Sequence record: NZ_CP092111.1
Reading direction: 5' to 3' (one strand)
DNA length: 64,000 nucleotides
From: a plasmid
The notes beneath the pieces were generated by a model. That model worked only from the letters and a program-made list of their open reading frames with translations. It ran no database searches and was not told the origin of the DNA. How positions within the stretch are numbered: position 1 is the stretch's first letter; each line of letters opens with the position of its first letter. Of this stretch, positions 39,372 to 48,693 are shown piece by piece. The position numbers and the translations under genes are program-made.

Positions 39372-40058
39372 TTAGTGAAGGTTCGACATTGCTTTTGAAA
39401 TTTCCTTATCAGTTGCACGTATAACGGATTCAACAAACTTTTCACAATGTCTTTCGTCCGAAAAAGAACGGCTATCGAAGTTTATATTTAACGTATATGA
39501 AAACTGTTTTTGATTTACCTTGTAAATCAGAGTTGTTACACATTCATAATTACAAATATCTTCGGTCTTATCATATTCCAGCTCCATATCATCGTACTGA
39601 GATTTAATACATTCGTCCGCAGTGTGAATCTGCCGCTCCTTTATATACTCACAAGCAATAGCTTCTATGACATGATGTATAGTCCGTTTGACAGCTGAAA
39701 GATAAAGGTCACAGTGAACGGATGGGTTTTTAACGGTTGTTATAAAAGTTGGGTGAGCATGCGTTTGAGCCGCTATTTCTGAGTGGATGATATCCTTGAA
39801 TTCAGTTTCTGCTATACCTGCAACTTCATCCAATGTCAGGAAATCAAGCGTTTGAGAATGGTCACTATTGTTTAAAAACATATTCTTATTTTTTCTCACC
39901 TCGATGCTGAGTGAAGCTAACGCATAATAGCGCATCTGCTGCTGAACACGATCACCTAGACATGCCATAATTTTTTCTTTGTTTTCTTGAGTGGCAGGCA
40001 AACCATTGCTTTCTAATACTGCCGAAAGGTCTTCTGCTTTAAGTTTTGTTAATAACAT
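39372..40058 (-). CDS. hypothetical protein (228 aa)
   Basis: Second gene of the operon driven from operator copy b. A 10-bp-stem hairpin (40093-40124) lies in the intercistronic gap. Confidence 0.5.
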   Translation of the reverse strand: MLLTKLKAEDLSAVLESNGLPATQENKEKIMACLGDRVQQQMRYYALASLSIEVRKNKNMFLNNSDHSQTLDFLTLDEVAGIAETEFKDIIHSEIAAQTHAHPTFITTVKNPSVHCDLYLSAVKRTIHHVIEAIACEYIKERQIHTADECIKSQYDDMELEYDKTEDICNYECVTTLIYKVNQKQFSYTLNINFDSRSFSDERHCEKFVESVIRATDKEISKAMSNLH

Positions 40059-40132
40059 AAGAACAGCTCCTTATTTTCGATTATGGAGAGCATTCACGCG
40101 GGGAATGAACCACGCGTGAATGCAACTAAGCA

Positions 40133-40333
40133 TTAATCATTAATAATGGTGCCGCAAAATATATGAATTCGATTATTGGTGTGCTGGATCATTCTGACTT
40201 GGACATCCTCTTGTTTAGAGATCGAAAGGTTTTTAGCTTTCTTAAAGACGCTTGCAATGCTAATTGGGCTTTCGATTGTTTCCTCCAATTGATCTTTTAC
40301 AAACAAATTTGCTTCGAAAACTCTTGTTTTCAT
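40133..40333 (-). CDS. hypothetical small protein (66 aa)
   Basis: First gene behind operator copy b. RBS GGAGCGG. Confidence 0.45.
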   Translation of the reverse strand: MKTRVFEANLFVKDQLEETIESPISIASVFKKAKNLSISKQEDVQVRMIQHTNNRIHIFCGTIIND

Positions 40334-40388
40334 CTGAACCGCTCCTTTTCAAATTTATTGTGTGAATGTCACCATCATCTGATGACAA

Positions 40389-40436
40389 TTCAAGTATAAC
40401 ATATGCTTTACTGATATTAAAGCATATGTTAGAAAT
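40389..40436. promoter_or_regulatory. Palindromic operator/promoter element, copy b
   Basis: TATAACATATGCTTTA-ctgatat-TAAAGCATATGTTAGA. Followed on the - strand by the conserved leader TGTCATCAGATGATGGTGACATTCACACAATAAATTT. Confidence 0.7.
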
Positions 40437-40438
40437 GT

Positions 40439-40762
40439 TTATTTATCTTTTTGATATAACGTGTAACCGCATTTGCAAAACTCAGCTATTTGTACAGGTG
40501 ACAACCCGATTGTTTCGCCCTGATCGTTGACTGATGCGACAAAAAATGGGCCGTGGATACAATGTGTCTTACCGTTTTCAGTAATTTTGCAATAGTATTG
40601 GGAATTGTAGAAGCCCTCTTCGTCGAACCAAATGTCAATGTTATTATTGAGTCTCAAACATTCGAGGTTATCGGCTCCTACAAGATTTTGCCGTTCTTCA
40701 AGGGTTTGCGGCAGTTCAACAAATCTGTTGTTCTGATGATCAAACAAAATGATTTTTTCCAT
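40439..40762 (-). CDS. hypothetical protein (~107 aa)
   Basis: ATG at 40762 (MEKIILF...) after AAAGGAAG. Cys-rich C-terminus (CKCGY). Confidence 0.5.
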   Translation of the reverse strand: MEKIILFDHQNNRFVELPQTLEERQNLVGADNLECLRLNNNIDIWFDEEGFYNSQYYCKITENGKTHCIHGPFFVASVNDQGETIGLSPVQIAEFCKCGYTLYQKDK

Positions 40763-40818
40763 AAAACTACTTCCTTTCAAATTTTATTGTGTGAATGTCA
40801 CCATCACCTGATGATAAT

Positions 40819-40866
40819 TTAAGTATAACATATTCTTTACCGATAGTAAAGCATATGTTATAAATT
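40819..40866. promoter_or_regulatory. Palindromic operator/promoter element, copy c
   Basis: TATAACATATTCTTTAC-cgata-GTAAAGCATATGTTATA plus conserved leader. Confidence 0.7.
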
Positions 40867-41530
40867 ATTTTTTGAAATTTCCATCCGGCACTCTCAGCTG
40901 ACAGATAACATGGTTTACGAATTCTTGGAAAGTACCTTCGCTACTTAGATCATGACCTTTTATGTTAGTCATAACGGCGTACCATTTTCCGCTCTTAGGG
41001 AAATAAACATTGTTAATCATATTAAAAGGATCGTCATTCTTTTCAAAGTTTTTTCCTAACATTTGAGAAGGTTTTACAAAGGATACATTACATTCTTCGT
41101 CCACATACTTATTGATCGAGTTAAAGTATCTTTTTGCAATGACTTTAATCAGGTAACAAATAGTTTCTGCCGTTTCAAAAAAAGGGGGTTCCGTTATGGA
41201 ATCGAATTGCATCTCAGAAAGAAATTCTATAGTTGCAGTGAAAGAAAAACTGCCTTTAGTTCTCTCTTCCGCTATTTCAGTGAACTCATTAAGAGTAATC
41301 AACTTCGCTCTCTTCCGATACACATCATCAGAAGTAAAAACTATTTTGTTATCCTCGATGTGATTCAGCAAAGTTTCAAAGGCATCGTGCCGAATCGTTT
41401 CTTGAATTTCTGCTGTGTCCAACTCTTGAAAGATCAATCTTATGTTTTCCTTAGTTGCCGGTATGTTGTTTCTTCGAAGAGCTTCAATAAAATCCGCTTG
41501 TGCCAGTGTGACCTGAAACGTAAAATTCAT
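40865..41530 (-). CDS. hypothetical protein (221 aa)
   Basis: Behind operator copy d and its leader. Confidence 0.5.
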   Translation of the reverse strand: MNFTFQVTLAQADFIEALRRNNIPATKENIRLIFQELDTAEIQETIRHDAFETLLNHIEDNKIVFTSDDVYRKRAKLITLNEFTEIAEERTKGSFSFTATIEFLSEMQFDSITEPPFFETAETICYLIKVIAKRYFNSINKYVDEECNVSFVKPSQMLGKNFEKNDDPFNMINNVYFPKSGKWYAVMTNIKGHDLSSEGTFQEFVNHVICQLRVPDGNFKK

Positions 41531-41586
41531 TTTAATTCTCCTTTACAAAATTTATTGTGTGAATGCCGCCATCACCTGATGACAAT

Positions 41587-41635
41587 TTAAGTATAACATA
41601 TGCTTTATATAAGGTAAAGCATATGTTATACATTT
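41587..41635. promoter_or_regulatory. Palindromic operator/promoter element, copy d
   Basis: TATAACATATGCTTTA-tataag-GTAAAGCATATGTTATA. Confidence 0.7.
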
Positions 41636-41677
41636 TTTTGTTTTGATAAAATCATTCCTTTTCTTTATAATGAAATT

Positions 41678-41762
41678 AATGATTTGTAAGGACTTTACCT
41701 CCTTAACAAATTTATTGTGTGAATAGGTTGCGGTGTGCGGAAACATGCCGCAACTCTTTTCT
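41678..41762 (+). ncRNA. Candidate ~85-nt small RNA (or degenerate leader remnant): consensus sigma-A promoter, leader-complementary core, intrinsic terminator
   Basis: TTGATA (41643-41648) - 17 nt - TATAAT (41666-41671). Transcript would contain AAATTTATTGTGTGAA, which is perfectly complementary to the TTCACACAATAAATTT leader shared by the copy b-f mRNAs, plus a CCUCCUU anti-SD-like stretch. Ends with hairpin GTTGCGG-n14-CCGCAAC + TCTTTTCT (41727-41762). Confidence 0.35.
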
Positions 41763-41802
41763 ATTATATGCTTTACTATAATTAAAGAATATGTTAGAAT
41801 TT
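41757..41802. promoter_or_regulatory. Palindromic operator/promoter element, copy e (degenerate)
   Basis: TTCTATTATATGCTTTAC-n7-TAAAGAATATGTTAGAAT, followed on the + strand by the leader variant ...GATGGTTTTCACACAATAAATC. Confidence 0.55.
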
Positions 41803-41854
41803 AATTACCGTCAGTTGATGGTTTTCACACAATAAATCTTTTGGAGGGGTTAAA

Positions 41855-42100
41855 TTGTTACCACATATCAGGAAAATGAGTCTTGTTCATGATTATCTTT
41901 ATAATAATCGTGAAGTAGCTGAAAGATCGAATGATGGGAAGGATCAAGTGAGAGACCGTTTTATCATTGTTACTACAGCAGAGGATCTCTTTGCTGAAGA
42001 AATACCCGCTGAAGAACATTATCTATATTCAGATTTTAATGAAGTGGTAAGTGAACTGCGAAACACGGTAAATGATATGAAAGCTTTAAGGGAATTTTAG
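41855..42100 (+). CDS. hypothetical protein (81 aa)
   Basis: TTG start after GGAGGGG. Behind operator copy e. Confidence 0.45.
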   Translation: MLPHIRKMSLVHDYLYNNREVAERSNDGKDQVRDRFIIVTTAEDLFAEEIPAEEHYLYSDFNEVVSELRNTVNDMKALREF

Positions 42101-42107
42101 AATATTT

Positions 42108-42155
42108 TTTCTAACATATGCTTTACTATCAGTAAAGCATATGTTATACTTAAAT
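42108..42155. promoter_or_regulatory. Palindromic operator/promoter element, copy f
   Basis: TCTAACATATGCTTTACT-atc-AGTAAAGCATATGTTATA, then leader TGTCATCAGGTGATGGTGGCATTCACACAATAAATTTGAAGGG. Confidence 0.7.
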
Positions 42156-42207
42156 TGTCATCAGGTGATGGTGGCATTCACACAATAAATTTGAAGGGAT
42201 GAAGAAA

Positions 42208-42663
42208 ATGGAGAAAGTGATTGAAGTTCTTACTCTGAAACAGGTAAAACATGAGGTTGACTGTCCAGTATCAGTCATAAGAAAGCCAGACGACGCTTTT
42301 AAGGTCTATGAATACTTTATAGCAGATGAAGCAAGAGAGGTGCCATTGGCTATCTATCTTGACGTTAAAAACAACATTCTTGCCATATATAAAGTATCGA
42401 TAGGGGATGTTCGCAGTGCTATCCTCTCTCCAAGACAAATTTATCAGGCGGCACTTTTAAATAATGCTTCGTCAGTAATCATTGGACATAATCATCCAGG
42501 CGGTGATGTTGCTCCTTCAAGGCAAGATATTGAAACCACTCAGAGGATATATGAAGCAGGAAAGCTACTAGGGATAGAACTTTTAGATCACATTATAGTG
42601 AGCATTGAAAATGGAGAAAAGAAACATCTTTCTTTGAAAGAGGCAGGATACATTAGGAATTAA
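42208..42663 (+). CDS. radC: RadC-like JAB-domain protein (copy 2)
   Basis: HNHPGGDVAPSRQDIETTQRI...ELLDHIIV. ATG at 42208 after GAAGGGATGAAGAAA. Confidence 0.8.
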   Translation: MEKVIEVLTLKQVKHEVDCPVSVIRKPDDAFKVYEYFIADEAREVPLAIYLDVKNNILAIYKVSIGDVRSAILSPRQIYQAALLNNASSVIIGHNHPGGDVAPSRQDIETTQRIYEAGKLLGIELLDHIIVSIENGEKKHLSLKEAGYIRN

Positions 42664-42760
42664 AAGAAAAAAATTTAACCAATAGGTTCACAAAGTAAAC
42701 CAAATTGTTTACTTTGTGAACTGAATGGTGTAAAATTAAGGTAAAGAAGGAGGTAGTAAT

Positions 42761-43228
42761 ATGAAAAAATCTCAACAATTTCTGAAAGGAACTTTTCCTT
42801 ACTTGGGTCATCCTGATTATGATGGGAAGCCAACTAATGATACGCTCGAAACCTTTGATCAGTTGTTTTCTCATTTCCAAGACCATCACAAGAACGGCTT
42901 TGACCTCAGACGGCTGGGCAACCTGGAGCCATCGCTTATGTTACTTGCAGTGGAAGCCATTGCGATTTTCTACAAAGAGGATCTGTACAGAGAAAAGGAA
43001 CCTGATACGGAATATATCAACCTTACAGATACCGCTAAGTTGCTTGGCATTTCAAAACAAACTTTACGTAAGCGAATGGAAAAACAAAGTCCGCCAGTAC
43101 CAAAACCAGATCACTATGTGAGCGGTGTACCGGCGTGGGAAAAGAAAGCTGTAGAACAGTTCATATGGGACAACGGCCTTTATGATAATGATGGAGAATT
43201 CACTTATCCTATTCGAGAAGAAGACTAA
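42761..43228 (+). CDS. DNA-binding protein with C-terminal excisionase/AlpA-type HTH
   Basis: INLTDTAKLLGISKQTLRKRMEK. RBS AAGGAGG. Confidence 0.5.
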   Translation: MKKSQQFLKGTFPYLGHPDYDGKPTNDTLETFDQLFSHFQDHHKNGFDLRRLGNLEPSLMLLAVEAIAIFYKEDLYREKEPDTEYINLTDTAKLLGISKQTLRKRMEKQSPPVPKPDHYVSGVPAWEKKAVEQFIWDNGLYDNDGEFTYPIREED

Positions 43229-43246
43229 AAAAGGAGAGAAATAATT

Positions 43247-43495
43247 ATGAAAAAAAACCTTGCCACATTATTGGAAGAGCGGAAGCGATCACAGTCTCAG
43301 TTGGATAAAAACGAAGTGATACTAATTAAGGATGCGATAGAAGAGTTTTCTCACAGAGAAGAGTTTGAACCAGCTTTCTATTTACAGCGATTTTTGAGCT
43401 ACCATGAACTATCCTCACGGTGGGGGTGGCTGCTTGTTGAGAAATTTCTTGTATATGTGAGAAGGGAAGAAAAAAAGCTGTCTGCTTTCCGTTAA
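43247..43495 (+). CDS. hypothetical protein (82 aa)
   Basis: RBS AAAGGAGAG. Confidence 0.4.
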   Translation: MKKNLATLLEERKRSQSQLDKNEVILIKDAIEEFSHREEFEPAFYLQRFLSYHELSSRWGWLLVEKFLVYVRREEKKLSAFR

Positions 43496-43532
43496 TTTAA
43501 TGATGCCGACACAATTGAAGGAGGATTTGACA

Positions 43533-43904
43533 ATGAAAATGTTCGGCTATGTAAGAGGTCTGTATGATTTAGAAAGAATGGCGGAATTGTATGGGTGGCA
43601 GATCAATTCAAAGGATCATTGTAATAAGGGGTCAGACTTTGTTTATCTTTTTCATGAGGAACGGGATTTTTTGGTAGCGGTAAATACGATTAATGGTCGG
43701 TTCTTTGTTACACATCGATTAACGAAAAACCTTGTGGCTACGGATCAAAGTGTCAAATTAAAAAGTGAAAAATGGTATGAGGATTTGCTTGAAATCCTTT
43801 ATAAAGAGATTCCATGCCGTTTCTTAAATAAAAAAGAGTTCAGCCGCCAGCTGAACCCTCTTGAAACCTTAAAAGCTTCTCACGCTAAAGAAGATTTCAT
43901 GTAA
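43533..43904 (+). CDS. hypothetical protein (~123 aa), paralog of 44363-44665
   Basis: ATG at 43533 after AAGGAGG. Shares DFVYLFHEERDFLVAVNTINGRFFV / DYVFLYGKTKDDIMVAINTFNGHFFV with the paralog. Confidence 0.5.
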   Translation: MKMFGYVRGLYDLERMAELYGWQINSKDHCNKGSDFVYLFHEERDFLVAVNTINGRFFVTHRLTKNLVATDQSVKLKSEKWYEDLLEILYKEIPCRFLNKKEFSRQLNPLETLKASHAKEDFM

Positions 43905-44137
43905 TTATAGCACAGATCCGTTTATTCCTGTATGGGAGGTGCACGAATGACAGCCGCTGAAGTCGCGGTGATATTAGGAATTTTCCTGACATCTCTGCAC
44001 ATCTGTGAAAAGCTTCTCACGCTAGAAAAGATGTTAATAGAAAGAAAGTCACCAAAGAAAAAAAGTCCTCGGAAAGCAAGCCGCAACAGTAAGCGTAAGT
44101 TTGGATAGAGGGAGAGGGTTCGCCTCTCCCCGCCTAT

Positions 44138-44329
44138 ATGGGTTGTCAAAATGATATGAAATTACTCAAAACTATAAAAGAGATTGTTTTCTGGCTATTC
44201 ATCTTCACTTATGTCTTTGGTGTCCGCACAGCGGTTAGCGGCGGTATTCAAGAAGCTTTAGACATATTGATCATTATTTCTGTTGTTTGTTCGTTAATTG
44301 TATTTTGGATAAAAAGTAGACAAGCCTAA
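44138..44329 (+). CDS. small membrane protein (63 aa)
   Basis: Two TM helices. Confidence 0.35.
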   Translation: MGCQNDMKLLKTIKEIVFWLFIFTYVFGVRTAVSGGIQEALDILIIISVVCSLIVFWIKSRQA

Positions 44330-44362
44330 GCAGGCTTGTCTTGAATTAAAGGAGCAGATAAT

Positions 44363-44665
44363 GTGAAAAAATTTGCCGGTGTAAGATCATTGGACGATAT
44401 GAGAACACAAGCGATTGAAGCAGGGTGGAAATTTGATGAGAAGGCTTACCATAAGGAGAACAGTGACTATGTATTCCTTTATGGTAAAACAAAAGATGAC
44501 ATTATGGTTGCTATCAATACATTCAATGGCCATTTCTTTGTTTATAATAATGCAACTGATGAAAGTATAGCTACGCATTTAAGTGAGCGATTTGATCAAG
44601 AATCTTGGTACGTTGAAATTCTGAATATTGTTAATAAGCCATATGTGAAAAAAGAGCGGCTTTAA
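44363..44665 (+). CDS. hypothetical protein (100 aa), paralog of 43533-43904
   Basis: GTG start after AAAGGAG. Confidence 0.5.
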   Translation: MKKFAGVRSLDDMRTQAIEAGWKFDEKAYHKENSDYVFLYGKTKDDIMVAINTFNGHFFVYNNATDESIATHLSERFDQESWYVEILNIVNKPYVKKERL

Positions 44666-44780
44666 TCACTCAGCACATACAGCAGGCGCAGCAGGTCTGC
44701 GCTCTCTTCACAAATGATACAACATTGAACATTTTTCGTTTTGAACCGGTTTAAATTTTATCGGTGAGAGGTGTTTTGAA

Positions 44781-45056
44781 TTGCAGTATCCAGGAGATTA
44801 CGTAACGATTGTAAAAAAGCCTTCTAATAGGTATGACCAAGGTCTTTTCGAGATCCGTGGTATACCCAATACCTTCTTTGAATTTTCATATCTTGGAGAC
44901 AGAGGTTTTATAGAGATTAAAGAAAGCGGTACAGCGATATACTGTGTCAACCGGAATGTTAAAGAGGGGAAACCTGTTTCATATAACTTTAGCAAGAAAA
45001 ATATTGCATATCTCAGAGAGCAGATAAGATATCTGCTGGACAGACGACTATACTAA
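44781..45056 (+). CDS. hypothetical protein (91 aa)
   Basis: TTG start after GAGAGGTG. Confidence 0.4.
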   Translation: MQYPGDYVTIVKKPSNRYDQGLFEIRGIPNTFFEFSYLGDRGFIEIKESGTAIYCVNRNVKEGKPVSYNFSKKNIAYLREQIRYLLDRRLY

Positions 45057-45085
45057 AATATGTGGTTTATAATTGATGAATAGGA

Positions 45086-45610
45086 GTGTTAAATGTGTAT
45101 GGCGGTAGCCTAAACGATATAGAAGCGAATTTAGAGCGGCTTTTAGAAGCTGAAGAGAAATCATTGTCTTGGAGCATTTCGTTTATGTGTGAGGAAGGAA
45201 TAGAATTAGAATCAGTAGGAAGTGTGTATTATAGCGGGAACAGCTTTTATAATGCCGAGGATGCTTATCAATATTTAAAAGAAAAAAACCTTCTTTCAGA
45301 GTTTTCGCTTAGCCAGCAAGAAAAAATCATAGATCAGGTTAAAGCATTTGTGAATTTGCAGATTTTTGAAAACCCAAATTACTGCAGCCATTCAGGGTAC
45401 AAAGCTTCTCCTGAATGTTATCGGGAAACGGAAAATAAAATAATGGTAGCTTTTATAGATGATTCAGACCAACTCTATTTTGATGCTATTATAGACAAAA
45501 TCTGTGGCAATGTGAGGTTTGAGTATCTGGGGCAATACGAGACAGAGGGAAGCCGCCCTTTTGAAAACAGATCGTTTAAGATAAGTGTAGAAAGTATTAG
45601 GGGGAAATAA
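45086..45610 (+). CDS. hypothetical protein (~174 aa)
   Basis: RBS AGGAG. Start codon uncertain (GTG at 45086 or 45095). Confidence 0.4.
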   Translation: MLNVYGGSLNDIEANLERLLEAEEKSLSWSISFMCEEGIELESVGSVYYSGNSFYNAEDAYQYLKEKNLLSEFSLSQQEKIIDQVKAFVNLQIFENPNYCSHSGYKASPECYRETENKIMVAFIDDSDQLYFDAIIDKICGNVRFEYLGQYETEGSRPFENRSFKISVESIRGK

Positions 45611-45611
45611 T

Positions 45612-45887
45612 ATGAAAAGTACAGGTGTTGTTCGCAAAGTTGACGAATTAGGGCGCGTTGTTTTACCGATTGAGATTAGAAGGATATTTGATATGAAACA
45701 TAAAGATCCGATAGAAATTTTCACCGAGAATGATACGATAATTCTTAGAAAATACCAACCGCAGAAACAGTGTGCGATCACGGGCACAGTGTCAGATGAA
45801 AATATGACCTTTAGCGGAGGGATTGTTCTGAGTCCAGAAGGATGCGAGAGGTTAGTGTCTGAATTAATAGAATTAGGGCGCCGATAG
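45612..45887 (+). CDS. abrB: AbrB-family transition-state regulator paralog
   Basis: MKSTGVVRKVDELGRVVLPIEIRRIFDMKHKDPIEIFTENDTIILRKYQP...CAITGTVSDEN is nearly collinear with the B. subtilis AbrB sequence as I recall it (MKSTGIVRKVDELGRVVIPIELRR...). Confidence 0.8.
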   Translation: MKSTGVVRKVDELGRVVLPIEIRRIFDMKHKDPIEIFTENDTIILRKYQPQKQCAITGTVSDENMTFSGGIVLSPEGCERLVSELIELGRR

Positions 45888-45938
45888 GGGTATCAAAACT
45901 CTTCTGTGTAAAGGGTTAATTAAGGAGATGCGGGTATT

Positions 45939-46127
45939 ATGACAATGGAACGTTACTTAAAATTAAGATATAAAGGAACTACCGTGCAAGAAATTCAAAA
46001 TGAATATGAATTAAGCGAAAGCACCGTTTGGACCCTTGAATTAGGTTATACTTGTTTTCTCAAAGGGATTCCGCTGGATGAAGCGATTAAAGCTATTTTT
46101 AGCATTGAGGGCCCACAAGTTCATTAA
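45939..46127 (+). CDS. hypothetical small protein (62 aa)
   Basis: RBS AAGGAGATG. Confidence 0.35.
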   Translation: MTMERYLKLRYKGTTVQEIQNEYELSESTVWTLELGYTCFLKGIPLDEAIKAIFSIEGPQVH

Positions 46128-46129
46128 TA

Positions 46130-47800
46130 CGGCGTCAGCTAGCAATCTGAAGGCGAAAAACGCTTCGCGTTTACGGAGCGATCGGGAGAGTGCTGGATGC
46201 GCCTCTCCTATAAAATCTCCGCGACTCATCACAAGTTCGGGAGCAACCGGATTCCGGAGCCGGCCAGGCGCCGGCTTTTTTGTGGCCAGGTCAGGCAACG
46301 GATCGCCCTGGCTGTTGAAGGAGATACGCGGCCGCCGGTCCCGATATGGCGCCTGCAGGAGAGCATAGAAGGCGAAAACGCTTCGCGTTTACGGGGCGAT
46401 CTGGTCTGCATGGGCAGCACCGCGCCATGAAATCTCTGTGTCACATCGAAGCTGCGGGGCAGCCGGATTCCGGAGCCGATCAGGCGCCGGCTTTTTTTGT
46501 GTCCTGGCCAGACGGGCCGCCCTGGTAGCTGAAGGAGCTCCGCGGCCGTCGGTTCCGATGCGGCGCCAGCAGGAGAGCGTCTGAAGGTGAAAACACACCG
46601 CGTTTACGGGGCGATCTGGTCTGCACCGGCAGCGCCGCGTCGTGAAATCTCCGCGGCTCATCGAAGCTGCGGAGGAAACCGGATTCCGGAGCCGGCCAGG
46701 TGCCGGCTTTTTTTGTGTCCAGAGCAGGAAACGGGCCGCCCTGGTAGCTGAAGGAGCTCCGCGGCCGTCGGTTCCGATGCGGCGCCAGCAGGAGAGCGTC
46801 TGAAGGTGAAAACACACCGCGTTTACGGGGCGATCTGGTCTGCACCGGCAGCGCCGCGTCGTGAAATCTCCGCGGCTCATCGAAGCTGCGGAGGAAACCG
46901 GATTCCGGAGCCGGCCAGGTGCCGGCTTTTTTTGTGTCCAGAGCAGGAAACGGGCCGCCCTGGCTGCTGAAGGAGATCCGCGGCCGTCGGTCCCGATATG
47001 GCGCCAGCAGGAGAGCATAGAAGGCGAAAACGCCCCGCGTTTACGAAGCGATCGGGAGTATACCGGCAGCGCCGCATCGTGAAATCTCCGCGGCTCATCG
47101 AAGCTGCGGGCAACCGAATTTGGGAACCGGCCAGGCGCAGGCTTTTTTGTGGCCAGGTCAGGCAACGGATCGCCCTGGCTGCTGAAGGAGATCCGCGGCC
47201 GCCGGTCCCGATATGGCGCCAGCAGGAGAGCATCTGAAGGCGAAAACGCCCCGCGTTTACGGGGCGATCGGGAGAGCATCTGCAGCGCGCCGCGCCATGA
47301 AATCTCTGCGGCTCATCGAAGCTGCGGGGGCTGCCAGATTCCGGAGCCGACCAGGCGCCGGCTTTTTGTGTTCTGGCCAGGACGGAACGCCCTGGCTGCA
47401 GCTGAAGGATATCCGCATCCGACGGCCCTAATACGGCGCCAGCAGGAGAGCGTCTGAAGGCAAAACGCCCCGCGTTTACGGGGCGATCGGGAGAGCATCT
47501 GCAGCGCGCCGCGCCATGAAATCTCTGCGGCTCATCGAAGCTGCGGGGGCTGCCAGATTCCGGAGCCGACCAGGCGCTGGTTTTTTGTGTCCAGGGCAAG
47601 CTACGGGACGCCCTGGTTGCAGCTGAAGGATATCCGCATCCGACGGCCCTAATACGGCGCCAGCAGGAGAGCGTTGAAGGCAAAACGCCCCGCGTTTACG
47701 GGGCGATCAGGGATGCACCGGCAGCGCCGCCTCATGAAATCTCTGCGGCTCATCGAAGCTGCGGGGCATCCGGATTCCGGAACCGGCCGGTCGCCTGCAA
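46130..47800. repeat. GC-rich composite hairpin repeat locus (A-type), ~7.5 tandem units of ~218 bp; largest array
   Basis: GAAAACGC(C/T)(C/T)CGCGTTTACGG unit starts at ~46155, 46375, 46590, 46810, 47030, 47243, 47463, 47688. Each unit carries three hairpins, including the terminator-like AGCCGGC-CAGGC-GCCGGCT+T6. Confidence 0.85.
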
Positions 47801-48416
47801 GTTTCTAAAAGCAAAGGTAACTGGTGTCGTTAGCAAGCATGCTTTCATCGTCTGGGGTTATGAATAGAAGTTGAGAGGATACTGCACAGTGATAAAAAGT
47901 ATCAAATACCATTTAATTAATTTGAAATCATTTCTCAGGGGTTTACAGGGTAATTGGAGTGTTGAGCCTGGTATTGCGGTGAAGTTCGGAGGAACATCCT
48001 GGGGAGCTGTATTAAGTACCATTTGAGTTTTTGATAAAAAAGCGAATTTATGTTATAATAACAGAACAATTAGTTAAACGAAAAAACAGAGAGACGTTCA
48101 AGTAACTTGGCTGCAGCTTTTACCCTACATTAAACGGTCAGGTTTAATGTTAGCCAGTTCTTGAAAGACCCTCTATTCCTATCTTGCTATTTTTATAATT
48201 CTTTAAGGAAGCAGAAAATTAATAAGAAGAGTCTGCCTAGAACGACAAACCATTCTAAGGTCTTCTTGATTTTCTCGCTTCTTTTTTTTATGTATGAAAA
48301 GAATTTTTTCACTGGCCTCCCCCCTTTACTGCTTGATCAGCTGCGGGATTTAGAGCAGTTTTAATTAGCCTCTCTACCGTCTGCTTTATTTCTCATAAAT
48401 AAACGAGGTGGAATCA

Positions 48417-48620
48417 ATGAATGGTATCGAATTTTTAGAATCTGTGGCGCACCTTGGCCAATTAGTTTTAGTGTTCTCTGGCTACGTCCTCTATTGGAAA
48501 CTAGGTAAAACGAAAAGGGAGCGAAGGCTTACAAAATTTGAAACCTCCATTAGGTTCTCTGTAATGTTCGGTATATCTACATGGGCGCTTTCGTCTATTG
48601 CTTTGAATTTGTGGTCATAA
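48417..48620 (+). CDS. small membrane protein (~67 aa)
   Basis: ATG at 48417 after GAGGTGG. Two TM helices. Confidence 0.35.
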   Translation: MNGIEFLESVAHLGQLVLVFSGYVLYWKLGKTKRERRLTKFETSIRFSVMFGISTWALSSIALNLWS

Positions 48621-48643
48621 TCTTCCATTGATATTTGAATTAA

Positions 48644-48680
48644 TAAAGAAAAGGCATCTCTATAATGAGATGCTTTTTCT
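48644..48680 (+). terminator. rho-independent terminator (hairpin with TATAAT loop)
   Basis: AAAAGGCATCTC-TATAAT-GAGATGCTTTTTCTTTATT. Confidence 0.55.
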
Positions 48681-48693
48681 TTATTCAAAGGAA

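Noticed and set aside
41552-41746. 64-aa ORF on the - strand
   Set aside because: It reads straight through operator copy d and the conserved leader, so it is very unlikely to be coding. The region is better explained as regulatory DNA or the candidate sRNA.
46130-47800. Possibility that the regular ~218-bp arrays are CRISPR arrays
   Set aside because: The period is far too long, there are no short conserved direct repeats separated by unique spacers, units are homologous along their whole length, and there are no cas genes.
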